NCBI GenBank assembly: GCA_965116925.1
Contig: OZ220744.1
Location: forward strand, 1,760,001-1,824,000
From: Candidatus Poribacteria bacterium
GTDB taxonomy: Bacteria; Poribacteria; WGA-4E; PCPOR2b
Direction of reading: 5' to 3'
Length of the DNA stretch: 64,000 bases
A model generated the notes under the pieces. That model did not search any database, was not told the origin of the DNA, and saw only the letters and a list, made by a program, of their open reading frames with translations. Each line of letters starts with the position of its first letter. Within the stretch, counting starts at the first letter, position 1. The position numbers and the translations under genes are program-made. Of this stretch, positions 49,641 to 60,682 are shown one piece after another.

Positions 49641-51746
49641 TTGAATAGAGCCAGTTACGTGATGAACGAGGATTCAAAAAAGGAACAGGAAACAACAGAT
49701 CAGCCCACAGCCGAAGTGGAAGCCACCGATGCAGTTGAGACTGAAGAGGAGCTGGGCTCTTCTCCAGTGGAGGACAATGACACTCAGTCAGACGAGCAAC
49801 CTGCGGAAGCGGATCCGGCACAGGGGGCACAACCAACGGAGGAGACGGAGGAAAGGGACGAGGAGATTCCTCTGTCTGAAGGCGAATCGGGCGAAACCGA
49901 GACGACCGATGCGACCGCCTCTGTTGATGAATCGACAACAGTAGAAGCATCTGCCGATGCGCCGGAAGCGACACCGGAGCTTACAGAAATCGAATCCCTT
50001 GAAGAGGCTTATGATAATTCTCTTAAAGCTTTTTCAGAAGGAGAAATTGTCAAGGGAACGGTGATTAACGTCGATCATGACGAAGTTATGGTTGATATTG
50101 GATTCAAGTCAGAGGGATATATCCCGATATCGGAATTTCCAGTTAGTGACGAGAGGACACCCACTGTAGATGTTGGTGACCAGATTGATGTGTACATTGT
50201 CCGTAGAGAAGATTCCGAAGGTCAGCTTGTTTTATCGAAAGAGATTGCTGACCAGAAATTGGTTTGGGATGAAATCACTGTGGCTTACGAAGCGGGACGA
50301 GTTGTGACAGGAACCGTCGTGCAGCGCATTAAGGGCGGGCTGCAGGTAGACCTCGGTAAGTTACGGGCTTTCCTGCCGGCATCTCAAGTTGAATTGCGGC
50401 CTCCACAAGATTTTGAGCAATATATCGGTCAGACACTTGAGGCGAAAGTTGTTAAACTGAGCAAGCGTCGCCGCAATATTGTCTTGTCACGCCGTGTGAT
50501 TCTCGAAGAGGAGTTAGCCGCACAAAAGACTGCTCTCTTTGAGAACATTGAAACGAACCAAATCCGACCCGGGGTTGTAAAGAGCATCACGACTTTTGGT
50601 GCGTTTGTTGATCTCGGTGGTATTGATGGCTTGCTCCACAAAACAGATATGTCGTGGCGTCGAGTGAACCATCCGTCCGAAGTCGTTACCGTGGGAGATG
50701 AGATAGAGGTAATGGTTATCTCCGTTGACCGTGACACGGAGAAGGTCTCTCTCGGATTAAAGCAGAAGACGCTGGATCCATGGGAATCGGTTGAAGAGAA
50801 ATACCCCATTGATTCGACCGTTACAGGAAAAGTGGTAGGCATTGTCAACTATGGGGCATTTCTGGAGTTGGAAGAGGGGGTTGAAGGACTCATCCATATA
50901 TCAGAGATGTCGTGGACACGGCGAAACATTGCGCCGTCAAAAGTTGTTGCAAAAGACGATGTCATTGACGCAGTTGTTCTGGATATTGACAAAGGCAACC
51001 AGAAGCTATCCCTTGGATTGAAGCAACTCCATCCCAACCCTTGGGAGCTTTTGGAGACAAAATATCCTGTCGGCACAAAGCTCACGGGGCGTGTACGCAA
51101 TCTGACCAATTTTGGTGCGTTCGTTGAAATTGAAGAGGGAATTGATGGCTTGATCCATATTTCGGATCTCTCTTGGTTAAAGCGAATTGTTGATCCGCGC
51201 GAGGTTCTTAGGGAAGGTGATGAAGTTGAGGTCATGGTCTTAAGCATCGATTCGGCGCAACAGAAGATTTCGTTAGGGCTCAAGCAGATCGAGCCTGATC
51301 CGTGGATAGAAGTTCCGAATAAGTACAAAGTTGGATCTGTGGTTCGTGGTAAAGTTGTGAATATCACCAGTTTTGGTGTGTTTGCACAGCTCGAAGATGA
51401 TATTGAAGGCTTAATCCATATTTCGGAGCTCGCTGAACAGCGCATTGAAAAGCCAGAAGATATCGTTTCGGTTGGAGAGGAATTGAATCTGAAAGTGATT
51501 CACTTAGATCCAACTGAACGGCGAATTGGCTTGTCTTTGAAAGCCGCACAGGCTGAACAAGAGCGTGCAACCATTACTCAGTATCAGCAAGAGCAGGAAG
51601 AACGCTCGCAGCCGCAAGAAAAAGACCGGGAGGAACTGACTGCGTTTGGAGGCCTATTAAGGCAAGAACTAAATAAATCCGGGTCTGAAGAGGATTCTGA
51701 AGAGAGTTCCGAAGAAAATTCGGAGGAAACCTCTGAAGAAAAATGA
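49641..51746 (+). CDS. rpsA: 30S ribosomal protein S1 with long acidic N-terminal extension
   Basis: Six S1 domains (FGAFV..GIDGL.H); start may be ATG 49662. Confidence 0.95.
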   Translation: MNRASYVMNEDSKKEQETTDQPTAEVEATDAVETEEELGSSPVEDNDTQSDEQPAEADPAQGAQPTEETEERDEEIPLSEGESGETETTDATASVDESTTVEASADAPEATPELTEIESLEEAYDNSLKAFSEGEIVKGTVINVDHDEVMVDIGFKSEGYIPISEFPVSDERTPTVDVGDQIDVYIVRREDSEGQLVLSKEIADQKLVWDEITVAYEAGRVVTGTVVQRIKGGLQVDLGKLRAFLPASQVELRPPQDFEQYIGQTLEAKVVKLSKRRRNIVLSRRVILEEELAAQKTALFENIETNQIRPGVVKSITTFGAFVDLGGIDGLLHKTDMSWRRVNHPSEVVTVGDEIEVMVISVDRDTEKVSLGLKQKTLDPWESVEEKYPIDSTVTGKVVGIVNYGAFLELEEGVEGLIHISEMSWTRRNIAPSKVVAKDDVIDAVVLDIDKGNQKLSLGLKQLHPNPWELLETKYPVGTKLTGRVRNLTNFGAFVEIEEGIDGLIHISDLSWLKRIVDPREVLREGDEVEVMVLSIDSAQQKISLGLKQIEPDPWIEVPNKYKVGSVVRGKVVNITSFGVFAQLEDDIEGLIHISELAEQRIEKPEDIVSVGEELNLKVIHLDPTERRIGLSLKAAQAEQERATITQYQQEQEERSQPQEKDREELTAFGGLLRQELNKSGSEEDSEESSEENSEETSEEK

Positions 51747-52193
51747 CTCTGAGCATTTATCGAAAAACCCTTTAGGTCTAAACCCCAAACATTTATGTTT
51801 GGAGCAGTTGGAGCGAAGTCTATACAGAATTTTTCTGTAAATATATCTTAAGACCTTACCGTTATCCTTCCCCTGATGCTTAAAGCCTTTCGTGGCTAGT
51901 AACAAGTGGTTCTCATCTTTTCACCATGGTACGCCTTTGTTGATGCGTATCGCTTACCACGCCTCATGCTAGTCCGTCTGCGTGCTAGATTAAGCAGGCA
52001 AGTCAACGGATGCAGAATTGGCAAACTTCCTCAAGGGTTGAGTGATAGGGTGCTATCCTCAGCAATACTCCGGTAAAATTCTTGCGAAATCTCTAATAAT
52101 TGATAAGGATTTCCATGCCTATAGACCGGAGGATAAGAATGTATTTAGCAGGGGCACAGATTCGGTATGGTTAGTCTGAGCCTTTTTGCTGCT

Positions 52194-52414
52194 TATAGTA
52201 GATTTTAGAATTAATGGGACACGCTAAACCGGTGCGGTTACATGAAAATTAAAAAAACAGTTCGGTAATTTGCTAGCGACGCCGGCGCGGTGGAAAACCG
52301 CGCCTACCGTGTGTTTCGAGGAAAATAGGGATTACCGATTTAAATACTTAAATCTCATCAAACCGCACCTACCGGGGGCGCGCAAGTGTTTCTTTATTTT
52401 TTGAATTCACTATA
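52194..52414. mobile_element. Outer MITE-like element with TATAG...CTATA ends
   Basis: 29-bp imperfect inverted ends (20/29); contains a REP hairpin split by the 117-bp MITE. Confidence 0.6.
52242..52358 (-). mobile_element. 117-bp MITE, copy 2
   Basis: Reverse complement of 15740-15856, about 12 mismatches by manual alignment, no gaps. Confidence 0.85.
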
Positions 52415-52589
52415 AAAACAGGGCTTGTGAAGGATTTTTCATGCACTGAAAGGGTTGGCTGCATTGAGCTTCGGACAAGATTTTCGCTCATAATTACAAG
52501 TTGAATCTTAGCCCCAATTTCTTCCCTTTTGCAGTGTATAATGGTATTTATAGCGAATCAGAGAAATAAGTGGACATTTACCAATAACC

Positions 52590-52633
52590 CCAACCCCCTA
52601 AATCCCCCTGATCAGGGGGATTTAGGGGGTTGG
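52590..52633. repeat. 44-bp perfect palindrome upstream of metK
   Basis: CCAACCCCCTAAATCCCCCTGA|TCAGGGGGATTTAGGGGGTTGG. Confidence 0.85.
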
Positions 52634-52691
52634 CTGTGTATTGAGAGTGTCTCATGACTTCTAACATCTACTCTAATCAGGAGAAACTCAA

Positions 52692-53846
52692 TTGGCTCAA
52701 AATTATGTATTTACATCTGAATCTGTAACGGAAGGACACCCTGATAAGCTTGCAGATCAGATTTCTGATGCCGTGCTTGACGCGGTTATGGCAGAGGATC
52801 CGATGGGGCGTGTCGCCTGCGAAACGTTGGTGACAACAGGACTCGCGCTCATCACAGGTGAAATGACGACCTCCGCGAATTTCATTGATATTCCCGCACT
52901 GGTTCGGCACACTATCCAACAGGTTGGCTATATCAGGGCAACTTATGGATTTGACTATGAACACTGCGCGCTCCTGACTGCAATTGACGAGCAATCCGCC
53001 GATATTGCGATGGGAGTAGATCGGCTCGGTGCTGGCGATCAAGGGATGATGTTCGGCTATGCGTGTCGTGAGACGCCGGAGCTAATGCCAATGCCAATTA
53101 TATTGGCACATAGACTGACGCGCCGGCTTGCACAGGCACGGAAAGAGGGTATATTGGACTTCCTAAGACCTGATGGCAAGTCGCAGGTCACTGTTGAATA
53201 TGCTGATGGACAGCCTGTAGGCGTTGATACCGTTGTGATTTCGACCCAACATGATCCTGAAGTTACGAATGAAGAGTTAAGAGAAGCCATCATCGAAGAA
53301 ATTATCAAACCTATCATTCCTGAAGAACTACGTCAAAGGCAATCCGACATCACCTACCATGTCAATCCAACAGGGCGTTTTGTCGTCGGCGGACCGCAAG
53401 GCGATTGTGGATTAACGGGTCGAAAGATTATTGCTGATACCTATGGTGGGATGGGACGGCACGGTGGCGGGGCATTTTCTGGTAAAGATCCGACGAAGGT
53501 GGATCGGAGCGCAGCGTATGCAGCGAGGCATGTTGCGAAAAACATCGTTGCCGCCGGATTGGCAGATCGATGTGAAGCCCAACTCTCTTATGCAATTGGT
53601 GTTGTTGAGCCGATTTCAATTATGCTTGATACTTTTGGCACAGGTGCAATCCCTGATGAGAAACTGACACAGCTCGTGACAAAGCATTTTGATCTAACAC
53701 CAGCCGGAATTATCGAACGGCTTGAACTCCGGAAACCGATTTACTCAGCGACGGCGGCTTATGGGCATTTCGGACGTGAAGAGCCGGGCTTCACATGGGA
53801 GTTGACGGACTATGCAGACTTGCTGAAGTCAGAGGCAGGGGTGTAG
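52692..53846 (+). CDS. metK: S-adenosylmethionine synthetase
   Basis: [28 protein letters not shown]. Confidence 0.98.
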   Translation: MAQNYVFTSESVTEGHPDKLADQISDAVLDAVMAEDPMGRVACETLVTTGLALITGEMTTSANFIDIPALVRHTIQQVGYIRATYGFDYEHCALLTAIDEQSADIAMGVDRLGAGDQGMMFGYACRETPELMPMPIILAHRLTRRLAQARKEGILDFLRPDGKSQVTVEYADGQPVGVDTVVISTQHDPEVTNEELREAIIEEIIKPIIPEELRQRQSDITYHVNPTGRFVVGGPQGDCGLTGRKIIADTYGGMGRHGGGAFSGKDPTKVDRSAAYAARHVAKNIVAAGLADRCEAQLSYAIGVVEPISIMLDTFGTGAIPDEKLTQLVTKHFDLTPAGIIERLELRKPIYSATAAYGHFGREEPGFTWELTDYADLLKSEAGV

Positions 53847-53857
53847 GAGACGAAACT

Positions 53858-55120
53858 ATGAATCACGACATTAAAGACCAAGAATTTGCAGACGATGGAA
53901 AGCGGCGAATCGACTGGGCAGACCGTTTCATGCCTGTCCTGCGTTTGATTCGCCAACGGTTTGAACAGGAACGGCCACTCGAAGGTGTGCGGATTTCTGC
54001 CTGTTTGCATGTCACTACGGAAACAGCGAACTTAGTTCGAGCACTGAAAGCGGGCGGTGCTGAGGTACTCCTGTGTGCCTCTAACCCGCTGAGTACGCAG
54101 GACGATGTTGCTGCGTCGCTTGTGGTGCATGATGGTATCCCCATTTTTGCAATCAAAGGGGAGGATACCGAGACCTATTACCAACATATTGATGAAGCGG
54201 TCAACTTCAAACCGGCGATCACCATGGATGATGGTGCGGATTTGGTTTCTCGGCTGCACGCTGAGGATGCAAACCCTGCTTACGTGGAGAATGTGCTCGC
54301 TGGAACAGAGGAAACAACAACGGGAGTTATTCGTCTTAGGAGCATGGCAGCCGAAGGCGTGTTAAAGTATCCGATCATCGCTGTGAACGATGCCAAAACC
54401 AAACATTTTTTTGATAATCGCTACGGGACCGGGCAGAGCACGCTGGACGGCATCATTCGTGCGACCAATCTGCTTGTTGCCGGTACGACTGTTGCGGTCG
54501 CAGGCTACGGTTGGTGCGGACGCGGTTTTGCTGACCGGGCGCGGGGATTAGGCGCGAATGTCATCGTTACAGAGGTTGATCCGTTAAACGCATTGGAAGC
54601 GGTAATGGATGGCTTCCGGGTTTTACCTATGATCCAAGCGGTTGCTGAAGCCGATCTCGTTGTTACGTTAACGGGCAATATTCATGTCTTGCGCCGTGAG
54701 CATTTTGAGGCAATGAAGGATGGCGCGATTATTTGTAATTCGGGGCATTTCAATGTCGAAATTAACATCCCTGATCTCAAGGATTTGAGCACCGAGGTGA
54801 GAACGACACGGGAGTTGGTTGAAGAATACTCTCTCAAGGATGGGCGCAAGCTTTATCTGCTCGGTGAAGGAAGACTTATCAATCTCGCTTCGGCGGAGGG
54901 GCATCCTGCTAGCGTCATGGATATGAGTTTTGCGAATCAGGCGTTGTCTGCGGAGTATGTTGTTAAGAACCATGAGCAGATGGAAAACCGTGTTTATGAC
55001 GTGCCGGAAGAACTGGATGATTCTATCGCAAAACTGAAGTTGCAAGCCATCGGTGTTGCAATTGATGAACTGACGGAAGAGCAGGAGACCTATCTCAATT
55101 CTTGGACAATGGGAACGTAA
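53858..55120 (+). CDS. ahcY: Adenosylhomocysteinase
   Basis: [43 protein letters not shown] supports start 53858. Confidence 0.97.
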   Translation: MNHDIKDQEFADDGKRRIDWADRFMPVLRLIRQRFEQERPLEGVRISACLHVTTETANLVRALKAGGAEVLLCASNPLSTQDDVAASLVVHDGIPIFAIKGEDTETYYQHIDEAVNFKPAITMDDGADLVSRLHAEDANPAYVENVLAGTEETTTGVIRLRSMAAEGVLKYPIIAVNDAKTKHFFDNRYGTGQSTLDGIIRATNLLVAGTTVAVAGYGWCGRGFADRARGLGANVIVTEVDPLNALEAVMDGFRVLPMIQAVAEADLVVTLTGNIHVLRREHFEAMKDGAIICNSGHFNVEINIPDLKDLSTEVRTTRELVEEYSLKDGRKLYLLGEGRLINLASAEGHPASVMDMSFANQALSAEYVVKNHEQMENRVYDVPEELDDSIAKLKLQAIGVAIDELTEEQETYLNSWTMGT

Positions 55121-55241
55121 CGTAAAACGTGAGATGCTAAGGATTGCCACAAAAAGTGGGCATTTTATTCAACAAGATCAGCCCGATCTCGTTGTTGATG
55201 CCATCCGATGGGTAGTGAAAAAAGTACGGGAGGCTTGACCT

Positions 55242-55478
55242 ATGAAAAATTCGGACCTCTGGGAAAATATCATTTTGCTCTTGTCGGCGATTTTACTCGT
55301 ACCAATCTGGATGTACGCTTCCAACCAACACGCATTATCTGATGGAACCCTCAAACTTTTACAGGTATTGCAATTTGTGTTGGTGGTTGTCCTTGTAGCT
55401 ATTTTTGTTCGGCGGTTGCGGCGCGTGGTTTCCGCGCTGCGTGAAAACAAAAACCGTCAGGGGCCCCCTTCTTTCTAA
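55242..55478 (+). CDS. Small two-TM membrane protein
   Basis: GGAGG RBS; two hydrophobic helices and a basic tail. Confidence 0.65.
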   Translation: MKNSDLWENIILLLSAILLVPIWMYASNQHALSDGTLKLLQVLQFVLVVVLVAIFVRRLRRVVSALRENKNRQGPPSF

Positions 55479-55532
55479 TCCACTTTCACGCGCTAGCCTG
55501 ACTCTCATCAGATTTGGTTGTGAGGTTGATTC

Positions 55533-56438
55533 ATGAGTATTTTAGTCGTCGGATCCGCGGGGTTGGACGATGTTAAAACCCATGCCGGCGAAGTCGAAAA
55601 TGTACTTGGCGGATCGGCTATCTACTTTTCGACTGCGGCAAGTTTCTTCTACGATTCTATCCGGCTAGTCGCTGTTGTCGGAGATGATTTTCCCCAAGCG
55701 CATCTCGATTTTTTGGAAGCGCGCGGGATTGGACTCGAAGGGTTGGAGCAGATCCAAGGTGGTAAAACCTTCCGTTGGGGCGGAGACTACACCAGCGACC
55801 TCAACGCTGCAACGACGCTCTTTACCGATCTGAATGTCTACGGTGACTTCGATCCGAAACTGCCGGAAACGTATAAAGATACCCCTTACGTTTTCTTAGC
55901 TAATATCAATCCTGAATTGCAGCTGAATGTGCTTCGGCAAGCGACAACCCCAGAATTGATCGTGTGCGACACGATGAATCTCTGGATTAATAACAGTCTT
56001 GATGCACTGATGCAGACTTTGGGCGAAGTGGATATCTTAATCCTAAATGATGGGGAAGCGCGTCTATTGACCGGTGAAGACAACTTGATCCGCGCTGGAA
56101 AGCAGATTCTCACCTATGGTCCGGATCGAGTTGTTATCAAAAAAGGGGAACATGGGGCGATTACCCTGACCGATTCCACATTCTTTGCTGCGCCCGCTTA
56201 TCCGTTGGAGTCGGTATCGGATCCAACCGGGGCCGGCGACAGCTTTGCTGGCGGATTTTTAGGGTATCTCGCCTCTGTCGGAGAGACCTCGGAGGCGGTG
56301 ATCCGCAAAGCAATTATCTACGGAACGGTTATCGCCTCCTTCAATGTTGAAGATTTCAGTTTGAACCGTCAACGTCGCCTGACGCAATCTGAGATTGAAG
56401 ATCGCTATCGTCAACTATACGAAGCTGCCCTATTCTGA
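55533..56438 (+). CDS. PfkB family kinase (possibly a nucleoside kinase)
   Basis: GGSA, KKGEHGA, DPTGAGDSF. Confidence 0.9.
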   Translation: MSILVVGSAGLDDVKTHAGEVENVLGGSAIYFSTAASFFYDSIRLVAVVGDDFPQAHLDFLEARGIGLEGLEQIQGGKTFRWGGDYTSDLNAATTLFTDLNVYGDFDPKLPETYKDTPYVFLANINPELQLNVLRQATTPELIVCDTMNLWINNSLDALMQTLGEVDILILNDGEARLLTGEDNLIRAGKQILTYGPDRVVIKKGEHGAITLTDSTFFAAPAYPLESVSDPTGAGDSFAGGFLGYLASVGETSEAVIRKAIIYGTVIASFNVEDFSLNRQRRLTQSEIEDRYRQLYEAALF

Positions 56439-56487
56439 ACCCACCACCCCTGCATCATACCTCGTTATAGCAATAAGCAATTTGAGA

Positions 56488-57519
56488 CTAACTTACCCCT
56501 TTTGTGATAAGCACCCACCACGGTTCCTTGCCCACGTCGTAAGTTTCCAACGGATAGAGATAACCGCCATCTGCATCAATGCGGTACACGATTAGCCGGT
56601 CAGCAGATTGACCTGCACTAATTAAAAATTTGCCATTCGGGTCGATTCTGAAGGAGCGTGGGATCTTTTCTGTCGGGAAGTAGCCGATGGAGTTCAATGA
56701 GCCGTCGGAATTGATAGCGTAACCGGCGATGCTATCGTGACCACGATTCGCAGCGTACAGGAATTTTCCCGATGGGTGCATTTCCAAGCGGGCGCAGGAA
56801 TTACTGCCATCATAATTTTCCGGCAGCGTTGGGAGCGTTTGGAAAGTGCTAAGTGTGCCATTTGAGGCGTTGAATTTATAGGCGGTGACACTGCTACCCT
56901 GCTCGTTGTCGGCATAGATGAAGGGTTGGCTCGGATGAAAGCAGATGTGACGGGGGCCATCTTCGCCTTCAGGGATAACTTGGGGTGTTGTATTAGGAGA
57001 AAGGGTGCCGGCACTGGCGTCAAACTGAAATTGAAAAATCGAATTGGTAGGACATGTGTGGGAGACAAATACAGATCTGTTTAATGGATCGATAGCGACT
57101 CCGTGTGCGTGTTCACCGGTTGAGTGTGTATCGCTCGGTTCGCTTTGAAGCGTCCCGTCGTCCCGAAGCGGGTAAACGGTCACCTTACCGGGAACGTAGT
57201 AAGGGGTTATCAAGAAGTCCCCCGTCTTGTCGATCTCAAGGTAAGCTGGGTCCTCCCAACCTGTCACCGTTGTGTCCATCAATTCGAGTTGACCTGTGCT
57301 TCGGTCAAGATGGAAACTGATGATGTCTCCAGTGGCGCGAATTGCTGCGTAGAGGACCTCCCGCATCGGATGGACGGTGAGTATGCTAGGAGGACTATAG
57401 ACCGAGACCTCCCCGTGGGAAGTTAGTTCTGCCGTTTCAGGTGACATTTTGAAAATGGAGATTTTGCTCTCACCTGCGATGGAAACGTATACGTAGAGAT
57501 TTGATTGGGTTGAATCCAT
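56488..57519 (-). CDS. Lactonase family beta-propeller (6-phosphogluconolactonase-like)
   Basis: HAHG, GPRH, YAANRGHDS, PRSF. Confidence 0.88.
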   Translation of the reverse strand: MDSTQSNLYVYVSIAGESKISIFKMSPETAELTSHGEVSVYSPPSILTVHPMREVLYAAIRATGDIISFHLDRSTGQLELMDTTVTGWEDPAYLEIDKTGDFLITPYYVPGKVTVYPLRDDGTLQSEPSDTHSTGEHAHGVAIDPLNRSVFVSHTCPTNSIFQFQFDASAGTLSPNTTPQVIPEGEDGPRHICFHPSQPFIYADNEQGSSVTAYKFNASNGTLSTFQTLPTLPENYDGSNSCARLEMHPSGKFLYAANRGHDSIAGYAINSDGSLNSIGYFPTEKIPRSFRIDPNGKFLISAGQSADRLIVYRIDADGGYLYPLETYDVGKEPWWVLITKGVS

Positions 57520-57715
57520 TGTGTTCCTCGTTAATCCAGAGATGTGTTGTTTTGGCAAGTTGGTATGATAATATAGAAAAGCGATGCTGGGATTTTATTC
57601 AATCCTACTATGCCTGTCAAGTATTTTCACATAGGGTTTTTACACTTCTTGTTTACTGTGGAGTCTAGTGCTATAATATGATAGAAATCAAGTCACCATT
57701 GAGGGAGTATTAACC

Positions 57716-58240
57716 ATGAATGCAAAATCCGTCACCCTCGAAGAATTCTTGGCAAACGACTATGAATCTTATGAATACATAAAGGGAAACCTTGTACCGA
57801 TGGGCGACCCAACTATGGAACATGGAGAATTGAGTTCCAATCTCGTTATTTTACTCGGAACCTACATACGTCAGCATCAATTGGGGCGAATTTATACGGC
57901 AGAAACTACGTTCCAAATCGGACAAGGTGGACGTAAACCGGATGTGGCGTTTATTTCACAGGATCGGCTCCCTGAAAACAGACGTCAAACCAGTCCTATC
58001 CCGCCAAATCTTGCCATTGAAGTTGTTTCGCCGATTGATAAGACCTACGAGATTCAAGAAAAGGTATCGGAATACCTCAACGCTGGTGCCCAGATGGTTT
58101 GGGTTGTTGAACCTGTTTTAAGGACAGTTACTGTTTATCGTTCATCAAATGACATCAAAACGCTTACTATCAATGATTCTCTCACCGGGGAAGATGTCAT
58201 TGAAGGGTTTCAGTGTTCGGTTACAGAAATCTTTGACTAA
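57716..58240 (+). CDS. Uma2/DUF820 family endonuclease
   Basis: KPDVAF, LAIEVVSP, Y..AG..VWVVEP. Confidence 0.9.
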   Translation: MNAKSVTLEEFLANDYESYEYIKGNLVPMGDPTMEHGELSSNLVILLGTYIRQHQLGRIYTAETTFQIGQGGRKPDVAFISQDRLPENRRQTSPIPPNLAIEVVSPIDKTYEIQEKVSEYLNAGAQMVWVVEPVLRTVTVYRSSNDIKTLTINDSLTGEDVIEGFQCSVTEIFD

Positions 58241-58278
58241 ACAATTTTTGCGAAAACAAGCTAACTCCGGGGTGTGCA

Positions 58279-59319
58279 ATGAAAGCAGCACGATTTTATG
58301 GTGGGAAAGATATACGACTTGAGACGCTGCCCAATCCAATGCCGGGACCGGGCGAAGTGTTGGTTCAGGTGGAGGCAACGGGTATCTGCGGCAGCGACCT
58401 GCACGGCTACCATGCGGAAAATCCGAGGACGGTTTCACCTCGAATAGCGGGACATGAATTGACGGGTCAGGTGGTTGACCTCGGAACAGGGGATGTCAAG
58501 CATGAAGTAGGTGCCCGCGTTGCTGTTGAACCAACTATCCCTTGCAACGAGTGTCCGGAGTGTCTCAGCGGCAACTATAATATCTGTTCCAAATTGGTGC
58601 ATATCGGTGGCACGGCTCGCGGAGGCGGATTTGCCGAGTACATGGTGGCTCCTGAGGATAATGTTTACACCCTCCCGGACAATGTCTCTTTTGAAGCCGG
58701 TGCGCTTGCAGAAGTTTACGCTGTGGCTGTCCATGCGTTGTCAATGGTTCCGGTGCAGCCCGGCGATCAGGTTGCCGTGATCGGGAGCGGACCTATCGGC
58801 CTGACTATCGCTCAGATGGCGAGTTTGGCAGGCGCGGAATCGGTTGTCATTTTGGGCAAGCCCGACGGTCCCTTGGGGATTGCCGAACAGATGCTTGGTG
58901 CGATTCCGATAAATGTTGATACGACCGATCCGGTGGAGGAGGTAATGGCGTGGACCAAGGGGCGAGGGGCGACCGTTGTCTTTGAGGCAGTAGGTGGCCG
59001 GTCAAACACGCTGATGCAGGCGACTGAAATTGCTGCCAAGCGCGGGAAGATCTGCATGGTAGGCGGTCATGTTGCCCCCCTCACACTGGATGCCCGATAC
59101 GCTCGTAGCCGTGAGTTGACGGTTACGTGGGCTTTCTGTTATGGGCGTCGTGGAGGGGAGAAGGAGTTCCAGATTGCCCTGAACTTGATGGGAGCCGGTA
59201 AACTTGACCCCGCACCGCTAATCACCCATCGCTTTCCTCTTGATGCGATTAGGGAAGCGTTTGCTGTTGCTGATGGACGGGAGACATACGGTTCAGTGAA
59301 GGTGTTGGTGTTTCCATAA
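58279..59319 (+). CDS. Zinc-dependent dehydrogenase (MDR, sorbitol/threonine DH-like)
   Basis: GICGSDLH, GHE, CxxCxxCx7C, GSGPIG. Confidence 0.92.
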   Translation: MKAARFYGGKDIRLETLPNPMPGPGEVLVQVEATGICGSDLHGYHAENPRTVSPRIAGHELTGQVVDLGTGDVKHEVGARVAVEPTIPCNECPECLSGNYNICSKLVHIGGTARGGGFAEYMVAPEDNVYTLPDNVSFEAGALAEVYAVAVHALSMVPVQPGDQVAVIGSGPIGLTIAQMASLAGAESVVILGKPDGPLGIAEQMLGAIPINVDTTDPVEEVMAWTKGRGATVVFEAVGGRSNTLMQATEIAAKRGKICMVGGHVAPLTLDARYARSRELTVTWAFCYGRRGGEKEFQIALNLMGAGKLDPAPLITHRFPLDAIREAFAVADGRETYGSVKVLVFP

Positions 59320-59389
59320 AGGGGACAACGAATTTTCCCATTTTACCCGCGAATTCATGTGTTCATCGCGCTGATGAATTCTCTACATT

Positions 59390-59455
59390 GCACTCCTCTG
59401 GAGTGCGGGATTTGGGGTGCTGTTATTCTATAGACATATCGCTCCTCTGGAGCGA
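59390..59455. repeat. Pair of related short hairpins
   Basis: GCACTCC-TCT-GGAGTGC and TCGCTCC-TCT-GGAGCGA between convergent genes. Confidence 0.6.
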
Positions 59456-59549
59456 AAAGCGAAATCCTTGATAGGCGAGGGAATTCGTCTCTACAGAAAA
59501 ACCGATGGTTTATCAATAGGTAGGAGCTTAAGTTATAGTATCCATTTCC

Positions 59550-60365
59550 TCACAGTCTAGCTGCTGATCCCTCTGCGCCAACTAACTCCGCCTTTTGTAA
59601 CAGCCAGCCACGTTCGATAGCGTTTACAACAACCAAAGTCAGTGTTATGTCGTACGACCCTGGTCCCGTGATGATTTCTGACACATCGGTTTCTCCGGTG
59701 ATGACTATCCTTTCGGGGAGATCTACCGCTCCGATTGCCGCTTCTTCGACAAGCAAAACTCCATTGACATCAACACTCAGAAAAGCACCGGTTCTGGCTT
59801 CATCCTGAACAATATCATATTGCAGTATTACGGGCTGATGCAAGATCTGCGTGACATTTACCTGATATTTCAACATAAGCGTTTCACCTTGAGCTGCCCA
59901 ATAGGTATCAGTATCTATCAAGAGTGACTGTTGTGCGAGCACCTCAACTGTGATGGCGTGTTCAGCCATTGCAAACCCGTCGGTCAACTGCAGCGTGACT
60001 GTGTGTGCGCCGGGTGTGTCCGACGCAACGTAGGTCACGGTTGACGCTTCCCCAATGATCTGTCCGCTGCTTGCCTCCCATCTGAAGATTAGATCTGCTT
60101 CGTCACCCGAATAATCAAAGGTTGCACTAATCGTGGTAGTGCCACCCGCTTCTAGCGTCTGATTTGTCAGGTTTAGGTTGCTGATTTCTACGGTATGCCG
60201 TATCGGAGGAGTAAGGGTTTGATCGGTCTCGCAGCCGATTAGTATCAAGATGAGAATGCAGATTAGGGAGAGCCATATCCAGCCTGTGAACGACTTAAAA
60301 CGCTTGAGGAATTTCAGCCGGTTTGGTGCTAGCCTCTTGCTGCAAGATGTTGTTTCGGAATACAT
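59550..60365 (-). CDS. Lipoprotein with PKD/Ig-like domain
   Basis: Hydrophobic stretch ending LIGC; FRW...VTY..PGAHTVTL; start uncertain. Confidence 0.65.
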   Translation of the reverse strand: MYSETTSCSKRLAPNRLKFLKRFKSFTGWIWLSLICILILILIGCETDQTLTPPIRHTVEISNLNLTNQTLEAGGTTTISATFDYSGDEADLIFRWEASSGQIIGEASTVTYVASDTPGAHTVTLQLTDGFAMAEHAITVEVLAQQSLLIDTDTYWAAQGETLMLKYQVNVTQILHQPVILQYDIVQDEARTGAFLSVDVNGVLLVEEAAIGAVDLPERIVITGETDVSEIITGPGSYDITLTLVVVNAIERGWLLQKAELVGAEGSAARL

Positions 60366-60645
60366 ATCTTCGGTTTCCATACCATTCGATTCGCCATTGA
60401 TCAAAACCACGCTCAAACTGGGTCACACGCTCCGGGGGACCGAGTTTGGCATGAAGTGATTCGACAGTCCCTTGATCCCGTCCAACGAGGTATTTGGTCA
60501 GGATTGCAACGCCGCCTAGAATTGCTACAAGCACCAATTTTCCCTGTGTTTTCACACTGATACTGTGTGCGTTTGAAATGGGACTCAGCAATAAAACAGC
60601 CACCACTAGGTAGCAGGTAAGTTTTTTTGTAGGATTGAAATGCAC
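60295..60645 (-). CDS. Hypothetical small exported/membrane protein
   Basis: Signal peptide-like segment, TM, LGPPER motif; start uncertain (GTG 60645 or ATG 60693). Confidence 0.55.
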   Translation of the reverse strand: MHFNPTKKLTCYLVVAVLLLSPISNAHSISVKTQGKLVLVAILGGVAILTKYLVGRDQGTVESLHAKLGPPERVTQFERGFDQWRIEWYGNRRYVFRNNILQQEASTKPAEIPQAF

Positions 60646-60682
60646 TATTCTAGGAGAAATAGCGCGTTTCAATCCAGTATCT

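Noticed and set aside
50429..51445. Long antisense ORFs within rpsA (and similar ones at 42690, 44615, 61656, 32280)
   Set aside because: Shadow frames of confident genes on the opposite strand with no independent motifs
51905..52060. SAM-I riboswitch-like words (GAAAAGATGAG, TGCCAATTC) upstream of metK
   Set aside because: They are on the minus strand, wrong for metK, and the 5' ATC-AGAG and kink-turn core is missing
51750..52190. Small gene or ncRNA in the rpsA-metK gap
   Set aside because: Short frames lack RBS or motifs, and no known RNA structure was recognisable by eye; an Rfam scan would settle it
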